Origin: Octopus vulgaris
Lineage: Eukaryota
Length of the DNA: 64,000 nt
Assembly (NCBI GenBank): GCA_951406725.2
Contig: OX597819.1
Span: forward strand, 98,270,001-98,334,000
Reading direction: 5' to 3'
This document shows positions 27,520 to 43,030 of this stretch, piece after piece. The stretch's first letter is position 1, and each line of letters opens with the position of its first letter. Both the position numbers and the translations under genes were made by a program. The notes under the pieces were generated by a model, which worked only from the letters and a program-made list of their open reading frames with translations, was not told the origin of the DNA and searched no databases.

Positions 27520-28500
27520 TGTTGAGCTTGACTGTTTTGTGAGGGCACATGGTAGGCGTAGCATAGGCGGTAGCATTCGCGTTGCCCCGCGCCGGCCGCC
27601 GGCGGGGATAGACGAACCTGTGCGATCCCTGGTAGATCCATCCACGACAATTTCCACTTCATGCGATACACAGTCGAACGGGTCGGGAATAGATTGGGCT
27701 TTGGAGGAGCACTGGTCGGTTTGGGCCAGTCCAAAGCTTTTGACAGGGTGGACCATTGCTATCTAGTGTCAGTCCTAAAAGCTGTCGGTTTCGGTACTGT
27801 TTTCAGAGGTTGGATCATCGCAATATATAGTGGCATCTGCTCGGTTGTGAAATTGAATGGCCACCTCTCGGAATCTTTCAGTATTGAACGCTCGGCACGC
27901 TAAGGATGCCCCCTCTCCCCGCTTTTATATATTTTAGCTTCAGAACTTTTGCTGCGAAGGATGGAGAATTTGAGGAGTGTCCCGCTGAAACTAGGTTACA
28001 GGAGAGCTATGTCTTCATATGCGGACGACAACTCATCGAACATAGAAAAGATCGACACTACACTGAAAGAATATCAGGAATGCATAAGAGCATTCATAAA
28101 CCAAGACAAGTCAGTAGGTCTGCAACTAGGCTCTTGGAGAGGCAAGTCGACTAGCAGCGATTTCTGTCGTTGAACGGAGGGTCTAGTGAAAGTGCTCGGA
28201 CTCTGGTTCGGACCAGATCTCCAAGGAGATAGGAACTGGGAAGAGGTCATGGCTAGGGTGGCCAAGCTCATCCAGAAATGGGCAGAAAGGAAGCTGTCTC
28301 TGAAAGGCCGGGAGGAAGTAGCGAATGCATATATCGCCTCTAGTGTAAGACCGCCTAGCCGTCGTACCTTGTCCTAAGAAAACTCTGACCCGATTGGAGC
28401 GCTTGCTTTTCCGATTCTTATGAAAGGGTCAGATTCCGCTAGTAAGAAAACCCATCTGCTGTTAAAATCCACACCGTGATGGTCTTGGGATACCATCCTT
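27520..28500 (+). mobile_element. L1/Tx1-clade LINE reverse transcriptase fragment
   Basis: QSKAFDRVDH, GFG, GCPLSPLLY, YADD, INQDKS, VKVLGLWFG and W.ERKLSLKGR, with stops and frameshifts. Confidence 0.88.
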
Positions 28501-28563
28501 AAGTGAATCAAACAGTTTTTGTGTGTTTTTAAATGGCTTATAAGCGCCTTCCACGCTGCAATT

Positions 28564-28672
<109 letters not shown>

Positions 28673-28799
28673 TGTGTGTGTATATATATATATATCGACG
28701 TGTATTTGTCTACATACATGAGTATGTCACATACTATTCTTGTGTGTGTGTGCGCGCGTACATGTGTGTGTGCGCGTACACGTGTGTGTGTGTGTATGT

Positions 28800-29004
28800 A
28801 TAAAATTAGTGTACATTAAAACACATGAGAGGTGCCCTGACAGGACACCTAACATGCTAGAAAGATCAGTCAAAATTCAAATTACGGCTAGAGGTAATTT
28901 CGAAATTATCCCTAACTGTGGTTTAGATCTTGACTGGTCCTTCTAGCATGTTAGGTGTCCTGTCAGGGCACCTCTTACGTGTTTAAATGTACACTAATTT
29001 CATA
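28800..29004. repeat. ~205-bp spacerless imperfect palindrome
   Basis: Centred on aatttcgaaatt, with arms aaattagtgtacatt...gaggtgccctgacaggacacctaacatgctagaa / ttctagcatgttaggtgtcctgtcagggcacctc...aatgtacactaattt. Confidence 0.95.
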
Positions 29005-29267
29005 TGAACAATATATAGTCTATTGACTATTTTCTTCATTCTAGGCCACTGGTAGAAAAAATTCTATAATATTCCTACCCTGTATATTTTTCCTTATATA
29101 TATATATATATATATATATTGTAAATGTAAGGATACGCAAGTGAGGCAGATCAATGTACAAAGTATATTAAATACATGAAATATTTCTATTTTATGTAAG
29201 TCAGACCTTTTTTGTATTTCATGTATATAATATACTTTGTATATATATATATATATACACACACACA

Positions 29268-29491
29268 CAGTAATCTCTCGCCTTATCGCGGTTCACTTAT
29301 CGCGATTTATTATTTAAGTTAACATCGATTCCTCCGCGGTGATGTTTTGCATTTATAATAACGTAAATATATAGAGATTATAAAAATAATTTTAAAAAAT
29401 ATACAGTACAGTACTGCTTCTACTTGGCGGATTTTCACCTATCGCGGGGGCGTTTTGGAACGTAGCACTCGCGATAGTCGAGGGTTTACTT
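29268..29491. mobile_element. Tc1/mariner-pogo type MITE
   Basis: TIRs cagtaatctctcgccttatcgcg / cgcgatagtcgagggtttact, in a TA-rich context. Confidence 0.7.
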
Positions 29492-29588
29492 TATATATAT
29501 ACATATATATATACCGTAAAATATAATTGCCAACTAAATGTAGCGGTCCCAAAGAGGACGACGCTACTGTGTGTGTGATTATGTGGTA

Positions 29589-29629
29589 CACACAGACCCG
29601 GGTTTCTGAGTAGTAACCTGTCATCAGTG
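29589..29629 (-). ncRNA. Minimal hammerhead ribozyme motif (left arm of a palindrome)
   Basis: Reverse complement: ca-CTGATGA-caggttactactca-GAAA-cccggg-TC-tgtgtg. Confidence 0.65.
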
Positions 29630-29638
29630 ATTGATAAT

Positions 29639-29683
29639 CACACACTGATGACGGGTTACTATTCAGAAACACGGGTCTGTGTG
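29639..29683 (+). ncRNA. Minimal hammerhead ribozyme motif (right arm of a palindrome)
   Basis: cacaca-CTGATGA-cgggttactattca-GAAA-cacggg-TC-tgtgtg. Confidence 0.7.
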
Positions 29684-30006
29684 TGTATCACGTAAGGCTA
29701 GCGATGACAACGACGATTTCCCCTCGCAAATACTAATCGGACATAGACAGTGTGTCGTTAGCCAGCTGGAGGAGCTGTCCTCCTGGGGCTAAAATCAACA
29801 GCAGCAGTATCCTCTGTAGGACCGCCACATTTGTTTGGCAATTATATTTTACAATTCCGTACTGCTACTGTTTACTTCTCGCTCAGAGATTTAATATTGT
29901 ACATATATATATATATATATATATTAATCAGCCGAAATTGCGAGAATGATCCGGTTCTTGACTGAAGATTAAAGGCTTCGAATATGGCCGTCACATATTA
30001 CATTTA

Positions 30007-30068
<62 letters not shown>

Positions 30069-30199
30069 AAATGGGGCAACAATGCAAAACATCCAGAGTA
30101 ATATTGACCCTGTGCAAAGTCTTTCTTCATTTTAAAAAGCCTCAGGCTCAGGTGTCGCTTGAATTTTAACATCTCTTTTAACATCCTTATTAACATCAC

Positions 30200-31560
<1,361 letters not shown>

Positions 31561-32834
31561 TCAGGCTGTAGGCAACAAGCAGCAAGCTGGACGTGAAAGG
31601 CAAAACACTCAATGAAAAATAAAATTCCATGATAGAATGAAGGCATGTATCAGTGTGGATGGCGATCTCTGATAACTCCTACTGTATCGTTACTACATCT
31701 GTGAAAAAGAGTGTAGAACTCAAGAAGGACTGTAAAGCCACATGTATTCTCACGTTTCAGAAAGCAATCAAATGATGGCCTAGCTCGAAACCGGGCTGCT
31801 GCTGCTGCTTTTGCTCACACTTAGTGTTCAATATCTTTTTCTACCTTGCGATACACGTGCACCTGGGAACATTTAACACTAAACGGATCCTATCACCTCT
31901 GCTGTTAGATTACCTGTGAAAGATGAAACAACGTTACACATGAGTACCTTTAGTTTATTTCTGGTTTCCACTCTGCATCCGAGAATTTGACAACGACTAC
32001 AACAACAACAGCAATAATAATGATGGTTTCAAATTTTGACACTAGGCCAGCAATCTTGAGGGGAAGGGCAAATTGATTACATTGCCCTTAGTGCACATCT
32101 AGAACTTATTTTATCAACTCCGAAAGGATAAACAGCAGAGTCGACCTCAGCGGAAATGAGTCGGAATTAAACATTTTATCCGACACGTTAACGATTCTGT
32201 TAACAACAACAACAACAATAACAAGAGCAGCAACAAGAACAACAATAACAGCAGCAGCAGCAGCAGCAGCAGCAAAAGCATCAACAATAACAATGTCCTG
32301 AGCAGTGGCTCTCACATCTTCTGATCTTAATTGATTGGAAGTGTCATGTACATGTTTTGCTTTGGTGTAACATGGCTTACAGTAAATACTCTGCTCAATA
32401 CCGCAGATTTGTTTGTCAGTTGCTTAACCATAACCATTTGAGCATGTCTCTTAGTGGCTGAAGATATGTGCTTCTCTAATCCTGAGCAGGAGTAGTTGGT
32501 GGGGCATCATAGCCATGTGTTGAAAGAGATTCTATGGGTGTTTAAATAGTTCATCCCTGGAAACATGGCTGTTTTATTCATTACACTTAAACAATCCTTA
32601 TTTAGAGACCTTTTGAGCGCGATGGGCTACTCGACCTAAAGGAAATCTTAACTAGGCCCCACATGCAAGGTTATGCGTTCCTTTCCTTGATATGAGATCA
32701 CCATGTCACTCACATATGGTTGTGATGTATGTGCCCGATGCATCCTTATCAGACGAGTAATTATGATGGATATATTGGACTCCGTATATTTGTAGTCCAG
32801 TGTCACTTTGATAGCATGCACTGTTCTCTCACTC

Positions 32835-32892
<58 letters not shown>

Positions 32893-32895
32893 TAC

Positions 32896-33725
32896 TAAGA
32901 AAAAGAGAGGGAAGAGGACTTATTGGATGCGAACACAGCATTAGAGCAGAAGAAAACAACATAGCATGGTATGCAAAAGATGTCACAGAACCGCTATTAT
33001 TAAAAATAAGAAAGCCAGGCTTGTGTAGGATGAAAGATTGCAAAGATAAAGCACTATACAAAAATTGAAAATGAATGAAACTGGAAATATGTGGGTAAAG
33101 AAAAGAATGCATGATCAATTTCATAGGGATGTTGAAGATAAGACAGAAAGAGAAAACTGATGTTTGTGGATGACTAAAAGTGATTTAAAACCGGAAACGT
33201 AGGCTCTAATCTGTGGTGCCCAAGGGCAAGCACTAAAAACAAACTACAGAATATTAAACACAACAGAAGGGGATAAGTGCAGAATCTGTGGATAAAACGG
33301 TGAAACCGCACGGCGTATTACCAGCCAATGTACGCCACTAGCCCAGAAGGAATATAAGAGACGCCACGACAATATAGCCAGGTTTGTCCATTGGACACTT
33401 TACAAGTATGGATTTGACGGAGCAAAAATTTGGTACGACCACAAACCTGAAGGCATCGTCGAAAATAGAAATGCAAAGATTTTATGGGATTTCATGATTC
33501 AGTGCGACCATGAGATAGAGAATAGGAAGCTAAATATAGTCTTAATTGAGAAAGAAAACAAACTTTGCTGGATCATAGATATAGCATGCCCAGCAGACAA
33601 CAAGGTATGTGATAAGAAAGAAAGAAAAGTTGATAAATATGACAGGTTAGCTTGGGATGTTAAGCAGTTGTGGTCGATGAAAAAGGTAGCAGTAGTACCA
33701 ATAATTGTCGGAACCCTGGGAATAG
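32896..33725 (+). mobile_element. RLE-type LINE 3' fragment (R4/Dong-like)
   Basis: REGRGLIG, a CRICG zinc knuckle, YKRRHDNIAR and ILWDFMIQCDHEIENRK..IVLI...IIDIACP...K..KY..L...VVPIIVGTLG. Begins at an (AAT)n tract. Confidence 0.88.
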
Positions 33726-34598
33726 AAATGAGTTGCGAGGTCACTGGTGCCAAGCTGTATCGGCCTTTGCCTTTCCCTTGAATGACATCGGACTTGTGCA
33801 ATCTCATGATCATTCATTTACATTTACTTACATAATTAAATGAAATACAGATATGCTTTTATTTCTTTATTCTTTAACTTGTTTCCGTCATTTCAATGCG
33901 GCCATACTGGAGCACTACTTTCAATGGTTTTAGTCGACGAAATTGACCCCGGGAGTTATTCTTTGTAAACCTAGTACTCGTTCTATCGGTCTCTTTTGCC
34001 GAACTGCTAAGTTACGTGGACGTAAACACATCAACACCTGTTGTCAAGCGTTGATGGGACGGGAGCAAACACAGACTCAAAAATGCACGCGGGCTTCTTT
34101 CACTTCTTTTAGTTTCCGTCTACCAAATCCACTCACAAGGCTTTGGTAGGCCCGAGGCTTTAATAAAAGACACATACCCAAGGTACCACGCTGTGAGACT
34201 GAATCTGGAACCATGTGGTTGGGAAACAACCTTTCTGTATGTGTATATTAGTGTAAAATAGCGTGGACTATAAAAGATTCCAGACGTTGAATGTCCGGAA
34301 CCACTTACAAGTTGGTGTCGTACCTACATACGCTACATGGCATTTTCTTCAGCGCTCCACTGAATCTGCCAATCGACCGCCCTAGATCTCTCCAGCATAT
34401 AACTTCAAACAATATTGTATTATGTAATAATTCATAACGTCACTACGAGGCCACATCTGGGGGAATGACATTCAGTCGATTGATTTAAGGCTTCGCTTCC
34501 ATTTAATTTATCGGAAGTATTGAAGACAAATTCGCTTTGACGTAAATGGTATACGTAATTCTGCCATTAACACACATACATACACACACACACATGTA

Positions 34599-34662
<64 letters not shown>

Positions 34663-35224
34663 ATATATTCTTTTACTTGTTTCAGTCATTTGACTGCGAC
34701 CATTCTGAAGCACCACCTTTAGTCGAAGAAATCGACCCCAGGACTTATTCTTTGTAAGCCTAGTACTTATTCTATCCTTCACTTTTGCTGAACCGCTATG
34801 ATACGGGGACGTAAACAAACCAACATTGGTATATGTATACGTATATACGACGGACTTATTTCAGTTTCCGTCTACCAAATACACTTGCAAGGCTTTGGTC
34901 GGCCCGAGGCCATAGCAGAAGACACTTGCCCAAGGTGCCACGCAGTGGGACATATTTATAAAGTTTCGAATGGGAAGAGGTTGCTCTTTCACATGGATGC
35001 ATTTTATCCAAATGTACACCGGTTTAGCTCCATATCGATTAATATACTTTGGATTTCATTAATTTGTGTTAGTATTAGTGTTAATACTTATGAAGTTCCA
35101 GTTGTTGTTATAGATGTTTTCATCCATTTGATACAGGAGAACAGAAGTTTAATATAATATGAGGAAAATGGAGTGTTTGAACACAGAAAAATAAATTTAT
35201 TTATATAATAGTTAATTTCATATC

Positions 35225-35313
35225 GCCTACGCACGTTTCACCTTCTTACCTTCATCCATATTTTGCAATTAATATTGCATTATGCATTTAAAAAGCAAAA
35301 ATCTCTTCAGGAC
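35225..35313 (-). ncRNA. Type I hammerhead ribozyme motif, long stem II
   Basis: Reverse complement: gtc-CTGAAGA-[gatttttgcttttt...gaaggtaagaaggt]-GAAA-cgtgcg-TA-ggc. Confidence 0.6.
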
Positions 35314-36073
35314 CAAAATTGACAAATATTCATTAACATCCTAATGGATGGAAAATTGCTTACAGAGATAACAGCATGCTTTTGTGTGTTTGTGTTTATC
35401 AGGATGTGTCTTTTGGATTGCTTTTTTAAAGTAGCTTAAGGTTAAACTATTGGAAAATGGCTAGTAGTAGTTATGAGGAACTAGATCATACTACCATTCT
35501 CCTTAGATCAGTTTTGTAGAGGCTGGCTACCACTCCTATCTCTACTTATTGTGCAAAAAATGAAAATAAAATATATATATTAGCAAGAATCCAAATCAAT
35601 ATATTTATTTAACTTCTACTTATTTAGTGGTGAGAATTTTCATTACAATTTTTATTTATTTAGATGTATTAGTCTTATTATTGATAGTTTAGGTTATTAT
35701 AAATATATTTTAGTTAAAATAATTTTTATATTTAATGGGGGTTTGATTCACTATGTATCACATGTATGTAGTTAGACTATTTTCAAATGGTGGGGGTACA
35801 TTTCACTTTAGGGTTACTTCCTATGTTTATCTTAATGTTTATCATTCACGGAGTGTTAATTTAAATATAATTTATTATATAAAAATTTATTAAATATATA
35901 CATATATATATATATAATAAAAAATAAATAATATATATATAATATATATATCATATGGTTCCGGGTTCAGTCCCACTGCGTGGCACCTTGGGCAAGTGTC
36001 TTCTACTATAGCCTCGGGCCGACCAAAGCCTTGTGAGTGGATTTGGTAGACGGAAACTGAAAGAAGCCCGTCG

Positions 36074-36125
<52 letters not shown>

Positions 36126-36543
36126 TGTGTGTGTTTGTGTATCTGTGTTTGTCCCCTAGCATTACTTGACAACCGATGCTGGTGTGTTCATGTCCCCGTT
36201 ACTTAGCGGTTCGGCAAAAGAGACTGATAGAATAAGTACTGGGCTTACAAAAGAATAAGTTCCGGGGTCGAGTTGCTCGATTAAAGGCGGTGCTCCAGCA
36301 TGGCCGCAGTCAAATGACTGAAACAAGTAAAAGCGTAAAAGAGTATATATATATATATATATACATGCATATATGGGTACAGGACATCACCAACGGTGCC
36401 AGTAACATGAAGTGTGTAAACAACGAGAAAAAATAGAGAATAGGACAAGTTAACTCAGAAAAAGGACCCGTCATCAGTTGTCGGCCATCTATCTACTCCT
36501 CATTTCGAGCATTAAATGACGAGTGTGTGTGTGTCTATACAAG

Positions 36544-36578
<35 letters not shown>

Positions 36579-36588
36579 GCAGACACAG

Positions 36589-36622
<34 letters not shown>

Positions 36623-36835
36623 TTATATATTCCTTTATGAATAACAAGTTATCAAGCCCTCATTCATTTAATATAGTTGTTAAATTATTTATTTTGTTAC
36701 ATCAGTTGATAGAGTTTCAATGTATATTCCTCTATTTGATTAATATAGAAATAATAATTCTATATTAATCAAATACAGGAATACACACTGGAACCCTTAC
36801 TATCTGATGTATCAAAATGAATAATTTAACAATTA

Positions 36836-37060
36836 TCTATACATATAAAACACAGGATGTGTATCTGTGTGTTTGTCATGTCGTTAAAACTCGAGATCCA
36901 CCCAACCGATTTTAACGAAATTTTACATATGCATTACATAGGGTCCATGGAGTGTCATGGGTCAAAAGCATTTTCAACTTCTTGCCTAATGCGGAACCAG
37001 GGGCAGATAAAGCACATTTTTAAAGCATTTTCGCAGCGTTAAGGACCGTACGTAACTTGA
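36836..37060 (+). mobile_element. Helitron-like 5' end
   Basis: a|TCtatacatataaaa...gtgtgtttgtc...ccgattttaacgaaatttt, the same architecture as 4246. The 3' end was not located. Confidence 0.55.
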
Positions 37061-38529
37061 AAAGTATCCAGTCACTTTCCTCAAAATTTGGCATAAACAT
37101 TAATCCTGCTCCTTGAATTGCTGTTGATTACAAAATATTTCCCACGCTGACTATGCCCCCACCCTCGAAAAATGCAGATTCATCAGATCTGAGTATACTG
37201 CGCTGGGTTTTTTCTTTGTTTTTGGCCATTTTCCGACGATAAAATATTGACACTACTTATGCATTATAAATAGCGTATAATATTTCATAAAAACCTTTTT
37301 GTCCAATTTGGCAGAGGAAATGAGAACATTAAAATTTTTGTCGGCGCCCTGTCGATGCTTCATGTTACCATCCCGCGCACCATCGGGTCATGTGTGTGTG
37401 TGCGCGGCTGGGTAAACAACAAACCCATACATCCATTCTGCAGAAGTGCCCTGTTTGATGTTTCACTTTTCCAATCCTGCATAATGCAGCATGGCCCGGC
37501 AGCATGTCTGCTTTCTATGTCATCTATGTCTAAAATATATAATGCAAAATATTCATACAAAAAAAAACCTGTTGTTATGACTTACAGCCATTTGAGTTTG
37601 ACCGCGTAACCACTCCCGGAAGCTACGCTCGCCAGCTGCAATTGATCCCCCGCCCCGTATTCCCTACCCCGTTTAATTGGACGAGTAAATACAAGATGTC
37701 CAAGAATTAATGATAATTTGAGTGAAATCGGATGCATTTTTTAAAACTCACTTTTATCTATGTTTATCATGTTTAATATGTGTTAAAAGTGTATAAATTT
37801 TGAATTTTGTTTATAATTTCCTTTTCATTCTTGTTGGACCCCTCTTATTTGTCTACGACAGCTTGTTTTCAATTTGGCAGCAATCATTTTCTTTACACCC
37901 ATCCCCAAGATGGAGCAATCTTTTAGCTGAGCTTAAAGAATACATTCAGTTAGCAGTGCAGGAGTTAACACCTGAAATACTTCAAAATGTGTTTCACAAC
38001 GCTAAGGAGAGATTTGAAGGTATGCAGGGATAGAGACATGTTGAAAATTTTCAATAAAGGTTTGACATAAGATTTATAAATTTATTTGTTTTGGTAATAA
38101 ACATAAGATTCAGTCAGTTTTTTTTTTAATTTGCTCCATTGAAACAGATAGTTAATCCTGCAACAACCTGTAAGGTGTAGCGTTGTTAGTTGTTAGATTG
38201 CTCGAGTAAGGGCTTCTCGCCGTAAACATCCCATCTTTTTGTTAAGCATATTGTATCAAGGGGTATATTATCCAAAATGTATCTCTCCATTATAAAATAT
38301 GCCATGTATCTCGAAGCAACTTTTCAGGCTCTGTTTATGCATTATATCTATTTTTAAAAGCAAGGACAGTAAGAAAATAAGGAAAAATTGTGAAAAAAAC
38401 GTGAAGTTTGGTGCAAAAACTGGAATGAGAAGAAAGAAACGAAATCAAGAAAACTATGTTCCACGTCCTTTCTGATTGCAGAAAGCACATTAAATACAAC
38501 CAGTATAGAACAAAATAAAAGAAAATATG

Positions 38530-39110
38530 TCAAAGTCTGCGAGACAGCAACTCAATCCGAAGCGGTTGGTGCCCTCCGAGTCGATAAAAGAAACCTGTCC
38601 ATGTGTTTACACTGCTAAAACTTCAAATTTGAAATTAAGCAGTGTGTTGGAATTTCTGGATCTAAGAAGAATACGAGATCTTTCTGCTACACGTAAGTTG
38701 CATTTCAAAGATCCAGTTACATATGGCTTGGATTTTTCCACTATTCTCCACTTAATTGTATATGATGTGGAGCTACTCTTCAGATTCCAAACGTGGCTAG
38801 CCAGCTTAGTTGCATTGATTTTATTGATGTGCCGGAAAGAAGATAGGAGGTTTGCGTAACGTCGCTTGAATTTGTCCTGATATAACCCGATGTAATTCTT
38901 CTTTTCAAGTGGTTTAACTTGAAGCATAACTGTAACTTCCCCCTCGTATATGACGTTGTTTATCATGCACACCTGGTTAAGAGAGCAAGTTTTATGGTCC
39001 CGACAATTACAACTGGGAGTGGGTTCTTGGAAATTTTTTAACAGACACTCAATTAAAATATCTTACAGCTGCTACCTCAATATGAAGAACATCATATCTC
39101 GTAAAAACTA
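38530..39110 (-). mobile_element. Penelope-like element relic with internal inversion
   Basis: Minus ORF NNVIYEGEV...NYIGL...FKRRYANLLSSFRH...TKLASHVW...IKWRIV (GIY-YIG). The RT-end motif KFFNRHSIKISYSCYLNMKNII lies on the opposite (+) strand at about 39030-39110. Confidence 0.85.
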
Positions 39111-39317
39111 TCAGGAGTCCAAGAGAATAAGCATGCTCTTGATTGTTTCTCATCTGAAAATTTACATCATTGTTTCCATATCTGCTCATACGGATTCTCT
39201 TTATAGCTATACTTTACCCTGCTGACTTGATACTCGTTGAATATATCGGAGTGTTCAAATCATTTGAACGTTACCAATTGCTTTCTATATTGAGATTTTC
39301 GCGATCTCATCTTTTGA

Positions 39318-39368
<51 letters not shown>

Positions 39369-39837
39369 TGTGTGTGTGTGTGTATGGTGTATAGGTATGT
39401 ATGTATGCATTTATGTATGTATGTACATGTCTGTTTGTGTACATACATGCACAGGTATGTATATATATATGTCATCGTCGTCATCGTCGGCGGCGGTGTT
39501 TTATTGTGTGTCCGATAATTTATTTGGTTTCTTCTTGACCACTTCCACTCTGTCTATATTTATGCTTCTAATGACTAATGAAGCCGATTCTTGCATGGAA
39601 GCGTCTGTTGCCAAGTTCACTAGGGATCCGTGGTGGAGGCATTGGTTGTTGCAGCGTCCATTTCATATTATATATATAATATATATGATCCAAAATATGA
39701 AAAAAAAACATAACGTTTATCAAACTGATTTCGGGACATTTAAAAAAAAAACCGTTCGATAATTTGATAAGTGGCATAAGTGCCAGGCATGAAACAGTAG
39801 GTTACTTTGTAATATCTGACGATTAATATGTGTGTAT

Positions 39838-39896
<59 letters not shown>

Positions 39897-40073
39897 AAAG
39901 GGTTATATTTATCAATTAAATTAATTAATTATTCAATCAATCAATTAATAATTTAAAATAACCTTTATAGGTAAAATTATACAAATATTTTATAATTATA
40001 AACATAATTCGGTATGTGGTAACGCAATTAGCTGAACCCTAATTATAATTATGTTTATAATTATAAATATTTG

Positions 40074-40105
<32 letters not shown>

Positions 40106-40266
40106 GAGAGAGAGAGATGGGGTGGGTGAGTGAGTGAGTGGACGAATGAATGAAAAGCACTCAACATATTTGGTTGGAGTCACATATATTATCATTAAAA
40201 AAACCCACCTTCATTCGGTCCAATGAATGAAGCCGAATTAAGCAGTTTTTGAATAATGTTAAAAAC

Positions 40267-40302
<36 letters not shown>

Positions 40303-40315
40303 TTTATTATTAATA

Positions 40316-40411
<96 letters not shown>

Positions 40412-40414
40412 ATA

Positions 40415-40445
<31 letters not shown>

Positions 40446-40459
40446 TATTATTATTATCA

Positions 40460-40548
<89 letters not shown>

Positions 40549-40752
40549 GGTCAATGTGGTAAGAAGCTTGCTTCCCATCCGATCCTTAGCTGTTCGGCGA
40601 CAGAATAAGTACCAAGCTTTAAAAACAAAAACCGTGGGATCGATTTGTTCGATTAAACCCCACTTAAGGCGGTGCTTTAGCATGGTCGCAGGCTAATGAC
40701 TGACAAGTGAAAAAAAAAAGAAAAGATCTATTTGTTGAGCTGCTTGCTATGT

Positions 40753-40915
40753 AGGCGTAGGAGTGGCTGTGTGGTAAGTATCTTGCTTACCAACCACATG
40801 ATTCTGGGTTCAGTCTCGCTGCGTGGCACCTTGGGCAAGTATCTTCTACTATAGCCTCGAGCCGATCAAACCCTTGTGAGTGGATTTGGTAGACGGAAAC
40901 TGAAAGAAGCCCGTC

Positions 40916-41011
<96 letters not shown>

Positions 41012-41231
41012 TTGTATGTCTGTGTTTGTCCCCCCCCCCCAACATCGCTTCACAACCGATGCTGGTGTGTTTACGTCCCCGTAACTTAGCGGTTCGGCAA
41101 AAGAGACCGATAGAATAAGTACTAGGCTTACAAGAATAAGTCCTGGGGTCGATTTGCTCGACTAAAGGCGATGCTCCAGCATGGCCGCAGTCAAATGACT
41201 GAAACAAGTAAAATAGTAAAAGAGTAAAGAG
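40753..41231 (+). mobile_element. tRNA-derived SINE family A, full copy with internal (TA)n/(TG)n
   Basis: A-box-like tggctgtgtgg, B-box-like ggttcagtc, body ggcaccttgggcaagt...gccttgtgagtggatttggtagacggaaactgaaag, tail gtaaaaga repeats. More than 12 further copies, e.g. 5059, 11975-12450, 18415-18730, 23045-23495, 33860-34230, 35953-36345 and 54690-54910. Confidence 0.85.
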
Positions 41232-41349
41232 CATGTTACGAAATATTAAGTTTCACATTAACAAGTCTGGTTTGAGACATTGTAAACGCAAACACACACA
41301 CACACACACACACACAAACATATGCACACACTCATTTATGCAGAAATAG

Positions 41350-41392
<43 letters not shown>

Positions 41393-41461
41393 GTTAATCC
41401 AAACAAGAAAACACAAAAAAACACAACAACGCGAGGACGTGGAACAAATATAGTATATATT

Positions 41462-41521
<60 letters not shown>

Positions 41522-42655
41522 CAGATAAATAGATGTGTGTGTACGTGCGTGTGTGCTTGTGTGCGTGTGTGTGTGGCTACATACATTCACAATTACAACC
41601 TAAACACCGTTCATCAACTCTGTAACACGATAATAAATGTAGCAATAATGCCAAACGATGTTGGCCTCCCACTTCACACATGTCTACCTCCCACTAGACC
41701 TCTATCACACGCACTCTTTGCCTCCCATTATCACCGTTACCTCTTCTACTCCCACACAAAGCCAATCACACCCTTCACCCATCACCACCACCACCACCAC
41801 CACCATACAATCACACCGTTTAGGTGGTCATCCGGGCATTTAGACAAGCTGCGTTTCCATGTTAGATTCACTGTAATTGTCAGTGTTTTGTACAAAGTGA
41901 CGTCATTGTGGTGGCTTCTCTGACCTTCGGTGCGGCGCGTGCCGTGCGGCATGCCTGTCGCTCGCCCACTGAAGTGTGGTGTAGTTTAACTAACATCTAG
42001 CCAGCGTTGATTTTTGTCCTTAATTTGTGTCTTATACGTTTCCCTACCAGCATCTACATCACTGCTATAACTATATGCATTCATCTTTACATATTTATGT
42101 ATATATTGTATTGTATGTAGAATATATGTATGTATGTATGTGTATATATATATATATACATATATGTATATATATATATGGGGTGTCATGTATACATACA
42201 TAAATGCATGCATACATATACATACATGTGTGTGTTTTATAAGACGACTTCACGAGAAAAGATTCCTTGACCGCATGGACAAAAGCTGAGAATGCGGCCC
42301 TTATCTGATGGTGAATTTTACACAATAGCCATAACACGGACCGTAGTCACGTGGCCCTTTACGATGCGTTTCCGCTTTAGGCCGTCTGAAACCGGAATAA
42401 GCATGGTGGTGGTGGTGGTGGTGGTGTGAGCTGTTGGTGACGAGAGAGGACATTGTAAAAAGCTATAAATTCTTCACACATGCATCTACAATAGCTATTA
42501 CCACAAGAACAAGAATAATAATACCGCCAGCAAACCTAAAAATTTTCGTCTAACTACTTACTTCTGAACAGCAAACTATCTGTGCTAATAATAACAAACT
42601 ATCTAACAAACCTAACAAACTATATGTGATGATAATAATAATAATAATAATAATG

Positions 42656-42709
<54 letters not shown>

Positions 42710-42921
42710 GTCTCAAATTTTACCACAAGGGCAGCAATTTGGGGGGTAGGGGATGTGTTGATTATATCGACCACAGTATTCAACAGGTACTTAATTTATC
42801 GACCCCTAAAGGATAAAAGACAAAGTCGACCTTGGCAGAATTTGAACTCAGAATGTAGCGACGGCCGAAATACCACTAAGCATTTCACCCGGCGTGCTAA
42901 CGATTCTATCTGCTCACCACT

Positions 42922-43030
<109 letters not shown>

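Noticed and set aside
40753-40830. tRNA gene
   Set aside because: It is a SINE head with A/B boxes but no cloverleaf.
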